NCBI GenBank assembly: GCA_964594025.1
Contig: CAZQLC010000003.1
Span: forward strand, 1-28,872
Source of the DNA: an uncultured Methanosarcinales archaeon
GTDB lineage: Archaea > Nanobdellota > Nanobdellia > Woesearchaeales > UBA9642
Direction of reading: 5' to 3'
Length of the DNA: 28,872 nucleotides
Positions 8,361-16,612 of this stretch are shown here, in pieces; position 1 is the stretch's first letter, and every line of letters begins with the position of its first letter. The position numbers were made by a program, and so were the translations under genes. The notes beneath the pieces were generated by a model that saw nothing but the letters and a program-made list of their open reading frames with translations, did not search any database and was not told where the DNA came from.

Positions 8361-8386
8361 AATAACAGAGCAAAATAACAGAGCAA
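8361..8386. repeat. 13-bp tandem direct repeat AATAACAGAGCAA x2
   Basis: Exact duplication at 8361-8373 and 8374-8386, in the divergent antiporter/pyrophosphatase intergenic region. Confidence 0.8.
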
Positions 8387-8460
8387 AACATATTAAATTT
8401 TGAAATAGAAATATTTAAAAATAAAGAGCATATTAAAATTATAAAAGAGATTTATAAAAA

Positions 8461-10357
8461 ATGTTATCTATAATCTACCTGAGTATTATTCTTTCTTTCC
8501 TAGTTTCCATAGGCTTATTAGTATATCTGCTAAAACAGGACCAGGGGACAAAAGAGGTAAAAAATATTTCATTATTAATACAGGAAGGCGCAACCACTTT
8601 CCTTAACAGGCAGTATATAGGTGTTGCAATTTTTGTTGTTTCTTTTTGTTTTATAATATTTTTCACACTCCATTCTTTTCATCTTATTATTGCTTTTATA
8701 CTGGGGGCATTGTTCTCAGCACTCGCAGGAAGATTAGGAATGACAGCAGCCACCAAATCAAATGGAAGGACTGCATGGGCATGTGAAAAATCTGAGGAAA
8801 GAGGAATGAAAATAGCATTCTTTTCCGGCTCTGTTATGTCTTTTTTAGTAATAGGCCTCAGCCTTCTGGGAATAACTGTATTATTTTATATTTTTGAAGA
8901 TGCATCTATTTTATTTGGATTTGGATTTGGTGCAAGCAGCATTGCATTATTTGCAAGAGTAGCCGGCGGGATATATACTAAAAGTGCTGATATTGGCGCT
9001 GATTTAGTCGGCAAGGTGGAAAAGAAACTTCCTGAGGATGACCCAAGAAACCCTGCTGTTATAGCAGACCTCGTTGGAGATAATGTGGGTGATGTGGCAG
9101 GAATGGGTGCTGACCTTTTTGAAAGCTATTCTGATGCTATCATAGCAGCAATAGCAATAGGCTCTGTTGCAGGGGCATTCTTTAATTCATTACTTCCTTT
9201 AGTTATAGCCTCTCTCGGGGTTTTTAGCTCTATACTCACAATACCTTTTGTAAAAGGCAAGAATGCATTGACAAAAGGGATAATAATATCTTCTGCATTA
9301 ATGGTTATCTTTTCATTCATAATTATAAGAGCATTGTTCCAGATAGAATTATTTTACTGTATACTTACAGGATTGGTTTATTGCTATATATTATACATCT
9401 TATAATTTTTCCCCTACAAGAGAAATAGTAAAAGAAGCAAAAACAGGCGCTGCCACTGCTGTACTTGCGGGCCTTGGGCAGGGAATGCTGTCCTCATTCA
9501 TACCTATTATAGTCGTGTCAATCTCAATTTTAGTTTCATATTATTTTGCATCCATCTATGGGATTGCAATAGCTGCTGTGGGCATGCTAAGCACTCTCGG
9601 AATTACACTTGCTGTTGACAGTTATGGGCCTGTTGTTGATAATGCTGAAGGCATTGCAGAAATGGCCAAACTGGGGAAAAAGACAAAAGAAAGGGCAAGC
9701 AGGCTTGATGCAATAGGCAATTCAACTGCAGCCCTGGGCAAGGGGTTTGCAATAGGCTCAGCTGCCCTTACTGCACTTGTATTATTTGTGATTTATTCAG
9801 AAAAAATAGGCTTGGAAACAATAAGCATAACAAATCCTAATGTTGTCGCAGGCCTTCTTATAGGGGCGGTCATACCATTTATATTCTCATCAATGACAAT
9901 AAAAGCTGTAAGTTCCACTGCAGCAAAAGTGATTGAAGAAACAAGAAAGCAGTTTGAGGAAAGAATACAAAAAGGAGAAAAACCCCTTTACAAAAGATGC
10001 ATCTCAATTGTGACTGACTCAGCTCTGAAAAAAATGTCTTTGCCTACATTGCTTGCTGTATTTTTTCCAATAATAATAGGGATTTCCCTGGGTAAAGCTG
10101 CCCTTGGTGGATTTCTTGCAGGAAGCATCAGCACTGGTTTTGTACTTGCTGTAACAATGGCAAATTCAGGAGGAGCCCTTGATAATGCAAAGAAATATAT
10201 TGAGGATATTGAAAACAAAAAAGGCACGCCATGGCATAGCGCGGCTGTGGTTGGTGATACTGTCGGCGACCCACTGAAGGATTGTGCCGGGCCAAGCCTG
10301 AATATCCTGCTTAAATTAATGACTATTGTTTCACTCGTTTTTTTCCCTTTATTTTAA
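8461..10357 (+). pseudogene. hppA: Membrane-bound ion-pumping pyrophosphatase (K+-dependent type), split by a +1 frameshift near 9376
   Basis: Fragment 1 has GGIYTKSADIGADLVGKVE...PEDDPRNPAVIADLVGDNVGDVAGMGADLFESY. Frame 2 resumes at about 9377 with FIAIYYTSYNFSPTREIVKEAKTGAAT and continues through DSYGPVVDNAEGIAEM, DAIGNSTAALGKGFAIGS and [10 protein letters not shown]. Could be a sequencing or assembly error rather than a true pseudogene. Confidence 0.85.
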
Positions 10358-10376
10358 TGCTTAAGATTAAAAATTT

Positions 10377-10383
10377 GAGGTGA
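10377..10383 (+). promoter_or_regulatory. Ribosome-binding site GAGGTGA for acs
   Basis: GAGGTGA lies 6 nt before the ATG at 10390 and matches the archaeal anti-SD complement. Confidence 0.7.
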
Positions 10384-10389
10384 TAAATA

Positions 10390-12342
10390 ATGGAAAAATC
10401 AGGATTAAAAAAAACAGAAGAAGGGGACAGGATATTTTTCTGGCCTTCAGATGAAATCAAAGAAAGAGCATGGATTAAGGACCCTGAAATCTATGAAAAA
10501 GCAGATAAAGACCCGATAAAATTCTGGGAAGATTTAGCTTCTGAAGGTATAAATTGGTTTAAAAAATGGGATAAAGGTTATGAAGAAAATATTCCTGACT
10601 TTAACTGGTTTATAGGCGCAACCACAAATGCAGCATATAACTGCCTTGACAGGCATCTTGAGAATAAAGGGGATAAGACAGCATTGATATGGGTTCCTGA
10701 AATAAAAGAGGAAAGTGCTAAAAAGTTCAGCTACAGGCAATTATATGAAGAGGTCAATAAAGCAGCCAATGTTTTAAAGTCTTTAGGTGTAAAAAAAGGG
10801 GATGTTGTCACATTATACCTGCCCATGATACCTGAAGCTGTTATATCTATGTTAGCATGCGCAAGAATCGGTGCAGTACATTCTGTTGTATTCTCAGCCT
10901 ATTCAGCCGAAGCCCTTAACACCAGATTAAAAGACGGGGGCTCAGAAGTCCTGATTACTTCAGATGGTTATTACAGAAAAGGCAAAATTGAGGATTTAAA
11001 GAAAAAAGCCAATGAGGGTATCAAAGATACAAATGTAAAAAAGGTTCTGGTTGTAAAAAGAACAGGAAATGAAACAGAAATAATAGAAAAGGACTTATGG
11101 TGGCATGAGCAGCTGGAAAAAGCAGATAAGGAGTGTGAATCTGCTGAAATGAAATCAGAGGACCTTCTTTTCTTATTATATACCAGCGGGACAACAGGAA
11201 AGCCCAAAGGAGTAATGCATGATACTGGAGGATATATAACACAGGCATACTGGACTTCCAAATGGAATTTTGACCTGCATGAGAATGATGTGATGTGGTG
11301 CACTTCAGATGTAGGCTGGGTTACAGGGCACAGTTATGTCTGCTACGGGCCTCTCTTAAACGGCATAACCAGTGTAGTGTTTGAAGGGTTAATCGACTGG
11401 CCAAATCCTGAAAGGCCCTGGGAAATAATAGAAGAGCATAATATCAATGTATTCTATACTGCACCTACTGCCTTAAGGCTGATGATGAGCCACGGCAAGG
11501 AAATACCTGAAAAATTTGAGATGAATTCTCTGAGGGTTCTTGGAACAGTGGGCGAGTGCATAGACCAGAAAACATGGCTGTGGTATTTTGAATCCATAGG
11601 AAAGGGAAAATGCCCTTTAGTTGATACATGGTGGCAAACTGAAACAGGCAGCAATATGATAAATTCTTTGCCTGGTGTTGGTCCTTTTATACCTGCCTGG
11701 GCAGGCAATAGTTTTCCGGGAACAAGACACACCATAATAGATGAAGATGGTAATGAGGTAAAAACTGGAGAGCAGGGATATTTAGTACAGAAATCACCTT
11801 TTGCACCCGGATTACTGAGAGGAGTCTGGAAAAACCCTGAAAGATATAAAAACACTTACTGGAAACATGATAAATATTATTTCAGCGGCGACGGGGCTTA
11901 TCAGGATGATGGAAAAAGGTTCAGGATTATAGGAAGGCTTGATGATGTCTTAAAAGTAGCAGGCCATAGGTTAAGCACAGGGGAAATGGAAAATGTAATT
12001 GACAAGCACAGGGAAGTAAATGAAGCAGCCATTATCGGAAGACCTGATGAATTAAGGGGGGAAGTCCCCATAGCTTTTGTCATAACAAAAGGAGAAATAG
12101 AAGATAAAGAAAGACTTGAAAAAGAATTACAGGATATGGTTGTAAAAAGCATAGGACCCATAGCAAAGCTCAAGGGATTTTATTTTGTTGAAAGCTTGCC
12201 TAAAACAAGGTCAGGAAAGATTATGAGAAGAATCTTAAAAAGTTTACTCAAAGGAGAAGAAGTCGGTGATACCTCAACATTGCAAAATCCTGAATCTGTT
12301 GAAAAATTAAAAGAAATTGTAAAAAACAAAGAAAATAAATAA
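10390..12342 (+). CDS. acs: Acetyl-CoA synthetase (AMP-forming acetate-CoA ligase)
   Basis: NAAYNCLDRH, LLYTSGTTGKPKGVMH, DTWWQTETG, GRLDDVLKVAGHRL and LPKTRSGKIMRR. Confidence 0.95.
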   Translation: MEKSGLKKTEEGDRIFFWPSDEIKERAWIKDPEIYEKADKDPIKFWEDLASEGINWFKKWDKGYEENIPDFNWFIGATTNAAYNCLDRHLENKGDKTALIWVPEIKEESAKKFSYRQLYEEVNKAANVLKSLGVKKGDVVTLYLPMIPEAVISMLACARIGAVHSVVFSAYSAEALNTRLKDGGSEVLITSDGYYRKGKIEDLKKKANEGIKDTNVKKVLVVKRTGNETEIIEKDLWWHEQLEKADKECESAEMKSEDLLFLLYTSGTTGKPKGVMHDTGGYITQAYWTSKWNFDLHENDVMWCTSDVGWVTGHSYVCYGPLLNGITSVVFEGLIDWPNPERPWEIIEEHNINVFYTAPTALRLMMSHGKEIPEKFEMNSLRVLGTVGECIDQKTWLWYFESIGKGKCPLVDTWWQTETGSNMINSLPGVGPFIPAWAGNSFPGTRHTIIDEDGNEVKTGEQGYLVQKSPFAPGLLRGVWKNPERYKNTYWKHDKYYFSGDGAYQDDGKRFRIIGRLDDVLKVAGHRLSTGEMENVIDKHREVNEAAIIGRPDELRGEVPIAFVITKGEIEDKERLEKELQDMVVKSIGPIAKLKGFYFVESLPKTRSGKIMRRILKSLLKGEEVGDTSTLQNPESVEKLKEIVKNKENK

Positions 12343-12348
12343 AAATTA

Positions 12349-12419
12349 CAGAAACCTGAATCTCTGATTCATAGTGTACAAATTCAATATTGGAATTTGG
12401 ACAACAGATATGATTTCTG
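12349..12419. terminator. Branched inverted-repeat structure between the convergent acs and dnaG genes; possible bidirectional terminator or 3' stabiliser
   Basis: Closing stem CAGAAA/TTTCTG; hairpins TGAATC/GATTCA and CAAATTC/GAATTTG. Confidence 0.4.
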
Positions 12420-12480
12420 AATTTTAAAAAAAAATTGAAAAAATAAAAAAAATATTAAGCTAATTTTAACTCAGGGAGTT

Positions 12481-13800
12481 TTACTTTCCAAGCTCTTCTT
12501 CTGTAATTATATAAACCTTGGTCTTGGCCTTATCCATGTTATTCTCCATCCCTATGATAAAATCCACTCCTGCCTTCTCTGCAGGCATTACTAACTTGCT
12601 GTCTATTGAGCCATCTAAAACAACAGCTGAAACTTCCTCAAGATTTTCCAGTGTGCTCTTAAGCTCTGAAATAGGCACTTTCCCCAGAACATTCAAATCA
12701 TTATCCAGCACATAAGCGCCTTTTGTCCCTATTAAATCCTCCAGCAAATCCTTAAACTTTGATTTCTCATCCTTGGTCGGATTCCTCACGTTTTTTCTTG
12801 AAGATTTTGAAGAAGAATCATTATGCCTTGAATGCATAGGTTTTCCTCTTGTATCTGGTCTTCTTCTTGAAAAAGGCCTTGAGCTTTTTGCTGTCTTATT
12901 ATACGAAGACGAAGGACTGAATGACCTTTCTTTGTTTTCTTTAGTAGCTTTAGTCTCTGTTTTCAAACCTTTCAGGTCCATCTCTGCCTGCTCTGAGGTT
13001 ATTTTTGCCCTCATTGCCTTGTGTATCTCTTTTTTTGTTAATTCCTCAACTTCCTTTCCGTCAGGAGCTTTGGTAACAAAATCTATCTCTGTAGTTCCTA
13101 AAAGTTCCTTTATTATAAGGTCTCCTCCACGGTCGCCATCAACAAAGACTGTGACAATTTTTTCCCTGCATAAGTCAATTATCGCCCGGGGTATATTTGT
13201 CCCTTCCATAGCAATGGCATTCTTAAAGCCGTATTTCAGCAGATTCAAAACATCTGCCCTTCCCTCAACAACTATAATCTCATCACTGTCCTTTACAAAA
13301 GGTCCTGAAGGAAGCCTTTCTTTGCCGTATTCTACAATTTCCATCATTCTTACAGAATAAGCAACATCATCTGCTAATTCCTGTGAATCAGGCATTGAAT
13401 CATTCATAAGATTCTTAAGGAGGATTTTGGCCCTTTCTGTAACAAACTTTCTTTTACTGACCCTTACATCCTCTATTTTTGTAACATTGACTTTTGACTT
13501 GCATGGACCTATTCTTTCAATTACTTCTAAAGCAGCTCCCACTATTGCGGTTTCTGCCTTGTCCAGACTTGAAGGTATGCTAATTGTTCCTGTGGTTTTT
13601 CCTACTTTTGTATCTAACTCAACTTCAATTCTTCCTATCTTTCCTGATTTCTGTAATTCTCTTAATTCCAATTCTGAGCCTAATAATCCTTCGGTCTGAC
13701 CGAATATAGCTCCAATAACGTCGGGTTTGTCAACAACCCCTTTAATTTCAATTTCAGCATGTATAAAATATTTTGCTGAAACTGGATTTATTTTTCCCAT
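12481..13800 (-). CDS. dnaG: Archaeal DnaG (TOPRIM primase-like, exosome-associated type)
   Basis: N-terminal GVVDKPDVIGAIFGQTEGLLG...LRELQKSGKIGRIEV. TOPRIM motifs IIVVEGRADVLNLL and VDGDRGG. GAGGTGA RBS at 13806-13812. Confidence 0.95.
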   Translation of the reverse strand: MGKINPVSAKYFIHAEIEIKGVVDKPDVIGAIFGQTEGLLGSELELRELQKSGKIGRIEVELDTKVGKTTGTISIPSSLDKAETAIVGAALEVIERIGPCKSKVNVTKIEDVRVSKRKFVTERAKILLKNLMNDSMPDSQELADDVAYSVRMMEIVEYGKERLPSGPFVKDSDEIIVVEGRADVLNLLKYGFKNAIAMEGTNIPRAIIDLCREKIVTVFVDGDRGGDLIIKELLGTTEIDFVTKAPDGKEVEELTKKEIHKAMRAKITSEQAEMDLKGLKTETKATKENKERSFSPSSSYNKTAKSSRPFSRRRPDTRGKPMHSRHNDSSSKSSRKNVRNPTKDEKSKFKDLLEDLIGTKGAYVLDNDLNVLGKVPISELKSTLENLEEVSAVVLDGSIDSKLVMPAEKAGVDFIIGMENNMDKAKTKVYIITEEELGK

Positions 13801-13832
13801 TTAAATCACCTCGATTTAATTATTATTTTTGT

Positions 13833-13862
13833 TTTTATGTTCATAATTTTTATGTTCATAAT
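13833..13862. repeat. Tandem 15-bp repeat TTTTATGTTCATAAT x2, each containing the palindrome TTATG-TT-CATAA
   Basis: Read directly from the sequence about 30-60 nt upstream of the dnaG start. Confidence 0.7.
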
Positions 13863-14272
13863 TTCCAAAAAATTTCAGAAACAGGTTTTTAACTAAACAA
13901 GATTTTTGGCTTATTCAGTTTGTTCTTTGAATCAATAATCATTATAACAATTGATTTTTGCTTTATATTCAAATTTTACCCAGAACAAGAATGCCTTAAT
14001 ATATTTTTATTTTAAATTTAATTTTTTATTATATTTTTTTACATTTCTTAACAAATATATAATGAAATGAATATGAAAAGCATTCTGTTCTTTTCTGAAA
14101 CTTTTTGATTATGAAATTGTTGCCCATTACACTAACTCTTAAGGATCATTGCTTGATATTTTATCAATAACTCCCCCAAGTTACTCTCATGATGGGCTGA
14201 ACTGTAAAGTTTATTTTTCCTTTACAGATTATGCATGAACATAATTTTATTAATTGTGTGAAAACAACCTGA

Positions 14273-14334
14273 TTTATAAACTTTTGGATTGTCTTCAAAG
14301 TGATAAAATGATAGTTTGTTTATAAATGTTTCGG
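14273..14334 (-). promoter_or_regulatory. Two tandem BRE/TATA promoters facing dnaG
   Basis: Minus strand CGAAACA-TTTATAAA (TATA 14319-14326) and CAAAAG-TTTATAAA (TATA 14273-14280). Confidence 0.45.
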
Positions 14335-14464
14335 TTTTGTTGTCACTATTTAGTTATTAATATTAAATATATAAAAAAATTTATAGTTTAATATAAGCAA
14401 TAATACCTCATATATTTGTATAAAAACATAAATTATAAAAATATTCACTTTTTGAAATATAAAA

Positions 14465-15142
14465 ATGAAAATTATAGTATTTTCAGACCTGCATGATGAT
14501 TTTGATGTTCTGAAAAAATTAAAAGGAAAAAAGAACCTGTTTTTTCTTGGCGACCTATATACTCAAAAAGAATTTGTCAGGATTATCGGGAATAATCTTA
14601 TTGAATTTTATGATAAAAAAATAAACATGGATGATTTAAATAAAATATTCAGAAAACATGAAAAAGAGCTTAATAAAAGCATAACAGAAAACAATAATAT
14701 CCCTGACTTCTTTAAAGAAAACAAGATAAACATAGTTGTAGGAAATCATGAAATAATAAAATTTTACAGGAAATTAACCAGGCTTTCAAATATTAATGAT
14801 TTGCATCTAAAGAAAAAAACAATAGATAATATAAAATTTATAGGGCACGGTGGCATGATACTGCCTGAAAAAGTTCCTGTAAAAAGATTATATATCTATA
14901 CCCCTGAAGAGGTTATTGAAAATATAAAGAGATTAAAACCAGATAAAGATTCTGTTATAATAATGCATGAACTGCCTATAGGAGAATATCATAAAAAAAT
15001 AAGGAAATATTTTGAAAAGATAAAACCCAGATTAGTTATAGGGGGACATCATCATAAATTATCAATGAAAACTTTTAATATCAATAATATAAAATACCTT
15101 GCTTCTGGAATGAAAGGGGATTTCAGAATAATTAATATATAA
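14465..15142 (+). CDS. Calcineurin-like metallophosphoesterase
   Basis: Motifs FSDLH, FLGDL, VVGNHE, MHELP and GGHHH occur in the canonical order. Confidence 0.85.
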   Translation: MKIIVFSDLHDDFDVLKKLKGKKNLFFLGDLYTQKEFVRIIGNNLIEFYDKKINMDDLNKIFRKHEKELNKSITENNNIPDFFKENKINIVVGNHEIIKFYRKLTRLSNINDLHLKKKTIDNIKFIGHGGMILPEKVPVKRLYIYTPEEVIENIKRLKPDKDSVIIMHELPIGEYHKKIRKYFEKIKPRLVIGGHHHKLSMKTFNINNIKYLASGMKGDFRIINI

Positions 15143-15186
15143 AATACTAAAGATTTTTAAATCTTAGTTTTTTTCTTATTGTAAAA

Positions 15187-16509
15187 ATGTTAAAAATAAT
15201 CCCCATAGGGGGATACAGGGAAGTAGGAAAGAACTGCACTGCTGTGCAGGTGGATGATGAGATAATTATATTAGATATGGGGCTGCATATTGAAAACTAT
15301 ATAAAGTACACAGAAGACGAGGATGTTATCAAAGCAAACCCAAGAGAGCTGATAAAGGCAAAAGCCCTTCCTGATACTGCTTTTCTGGAAAAAAACAGGG
15401 AAAAAATAAAAGGCATATTTGTTTCACATGCACACCTGGACCATATAGGGGCACTTCCTTATCTTGCAGGCAGGTTTAAATGCTCTATACACGGAACAAG
15501 ATTCTCAATAGAGGTCCTGAAAGCCATACTCAAAGATGATGATATTACTCTCCCTAACAAGCTTATAGCACATGCTGTAAACAGCAAAATGATAGTAAGT
15601 GATAAGATAAGTGTTGAATTCATAAAGATAGCCCACTCGTGCCCCCAGACATCTATGCTGGCAGTCCACACACCTTATGGGATTGTCCTTTATTCAAATG
15701 ACTTTAAATTTGACAAGACTCCCACATTAGGCAAAATATCCAATATCAAAAGGCTTAAAGAATTAAAGGGAAAAATAAAAGCCCTGATTGTTGATTCTTT
15801 GTATGCAGACACCCCACATAAAACATCCTCAGAGATGATAGCCAAGGAACTGCTTGAGGAAGTATTGCTGAACAGCGATACTCAAAAAAAGGCTGTTATT
15901 GTGACTACATTTTCCAGCCATCTTGCAAGATTAAAAAGTATTGTTGAATGCAGCAAAAAGATGAAAAGGAAGCCTGTATTCCTCGGAAGGTCTCTTGCAA
16001 AATACATCCATGCAGGAAAAAAGGCAAATATAATCGACTTCGAGGATAAAACAGAGATTGTAAAATACAGCAAAAGGATTAAAAAATTCCTTGAAAAGCT
16101 GAAGAAACCTGAAAAATATCTTATAATTATGACTGGAAATCAGGGGGAACCAAAAGCAATACTTGCAAGAACAGTATTTGAAAAATGGTTTAATTTCTCC
16201 CCGGGAGATTTTGTGGTATTTTCATGCTCAACCATACCAACTGCAACAAACATAGAAAACAGGAAAAGAATAGAAAGAGCACTGAAAATAAAAAGGGTAA
16301 GGATATTCACAGATGTCCATGTGTCAGGCCATGCATCAAGGGAAGACCATAGGGACCTTATAAAAATGATAAAACCCGAGATACTGCTTCCTTCACACTC
16401 TGACCTTGAAACATCAGAGGAATTTGTTGAGCTTGCAGAGGAAGAAGGCTATAAGGAAGGGAAGAATGTCTTTATTCTTGAAAACAACAAAGAACTTAGA
16501 TTACAATAA
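15187..16509 (+). CDS. rnj: Archaeal ribonuclease J (MBL-fold beta-CASP)
   Basis: PIGGYREVGKNCTAV, SHAHLDHIG, AHSCP, NDFKFD, FSSHLAR, TGNQGEP and DVHVSGHA. Confidence 0.9.
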   Translation: MLKIIPIGGYREVGKNCTAVQVDDEIIILDMGLHIENYIKYTEDEDVIKANPRELIKAKALPDTAFLEKNREKIKGIFVSHAHLDHIGALPYLAGRFKCSIHGTRFSIEVLKAILKDDDITLPNKLIAHAVNSKMIVSDKISVEFIKIAHSCPQTSMLAVHTPYGIVLYSNDFKFDKTPTLGKISNIKRLKELKGKIKALIVDSLYADTPHKTSSEMIAKELLEEVLLNSDTQKKAVIVTTFSSHLARLKSIVECSKKMKRKPVFLGRSLAKYIHAGKKANIIDFEDKTEIVKYSKRIKKFLEKLKKPEKYLIIMTGNQGEPKAILARTVFEKWFNFSPGDFVVFSCSTIPTATNIENRKRIERALKIKRVRIFTDVHVSGHASREDHRDLIKMIKPEILLPSHSDLETSEEFVELAEEEGYKEGKNVFILENNKELRLQ

Positions 16510-16537
16510 AAATTAAACTAATTCTAAATACACTATT

Positions 16538-16581
16538 AATCTTTAAATAGATAATAAAAAATCTTTAAATAGATAATAAAA
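16538..16581. repeat. 22-bp exact tandem duplication AATCTTTAAATAGATAATAAAA x2
   Basis: Copies at 16538-16559 and 16560-16581, between convergent genes. Confidence 0.8.
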
Positions 16582-16612
16582 GAAAATAAATAAAAATAAT
16601 AAAAGAAAAAGA

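Noticed and set aside
9361-9405. Programmed ribosomal frameshift in hppA
   Set aside because: No slippery sequence or stimulatory structure, and residues appear to be missing at the junction.
14029-14127. 32-codon minus-strand ORF MGNNFIIKKFQKRTECFSYSFHYIFVKKCKKI
   Set aside because: No RBS and no recognisable motif; this length is expected by chance in AT-rich DNA.
13801-14464. Replication origin in the long AT-rich spacer
   Set aside because: No ORB-like GTTCCAGTGGAAAC/G-string motif and no cdc6/orc1 gene nearby; AT-richness alone is insufficient.
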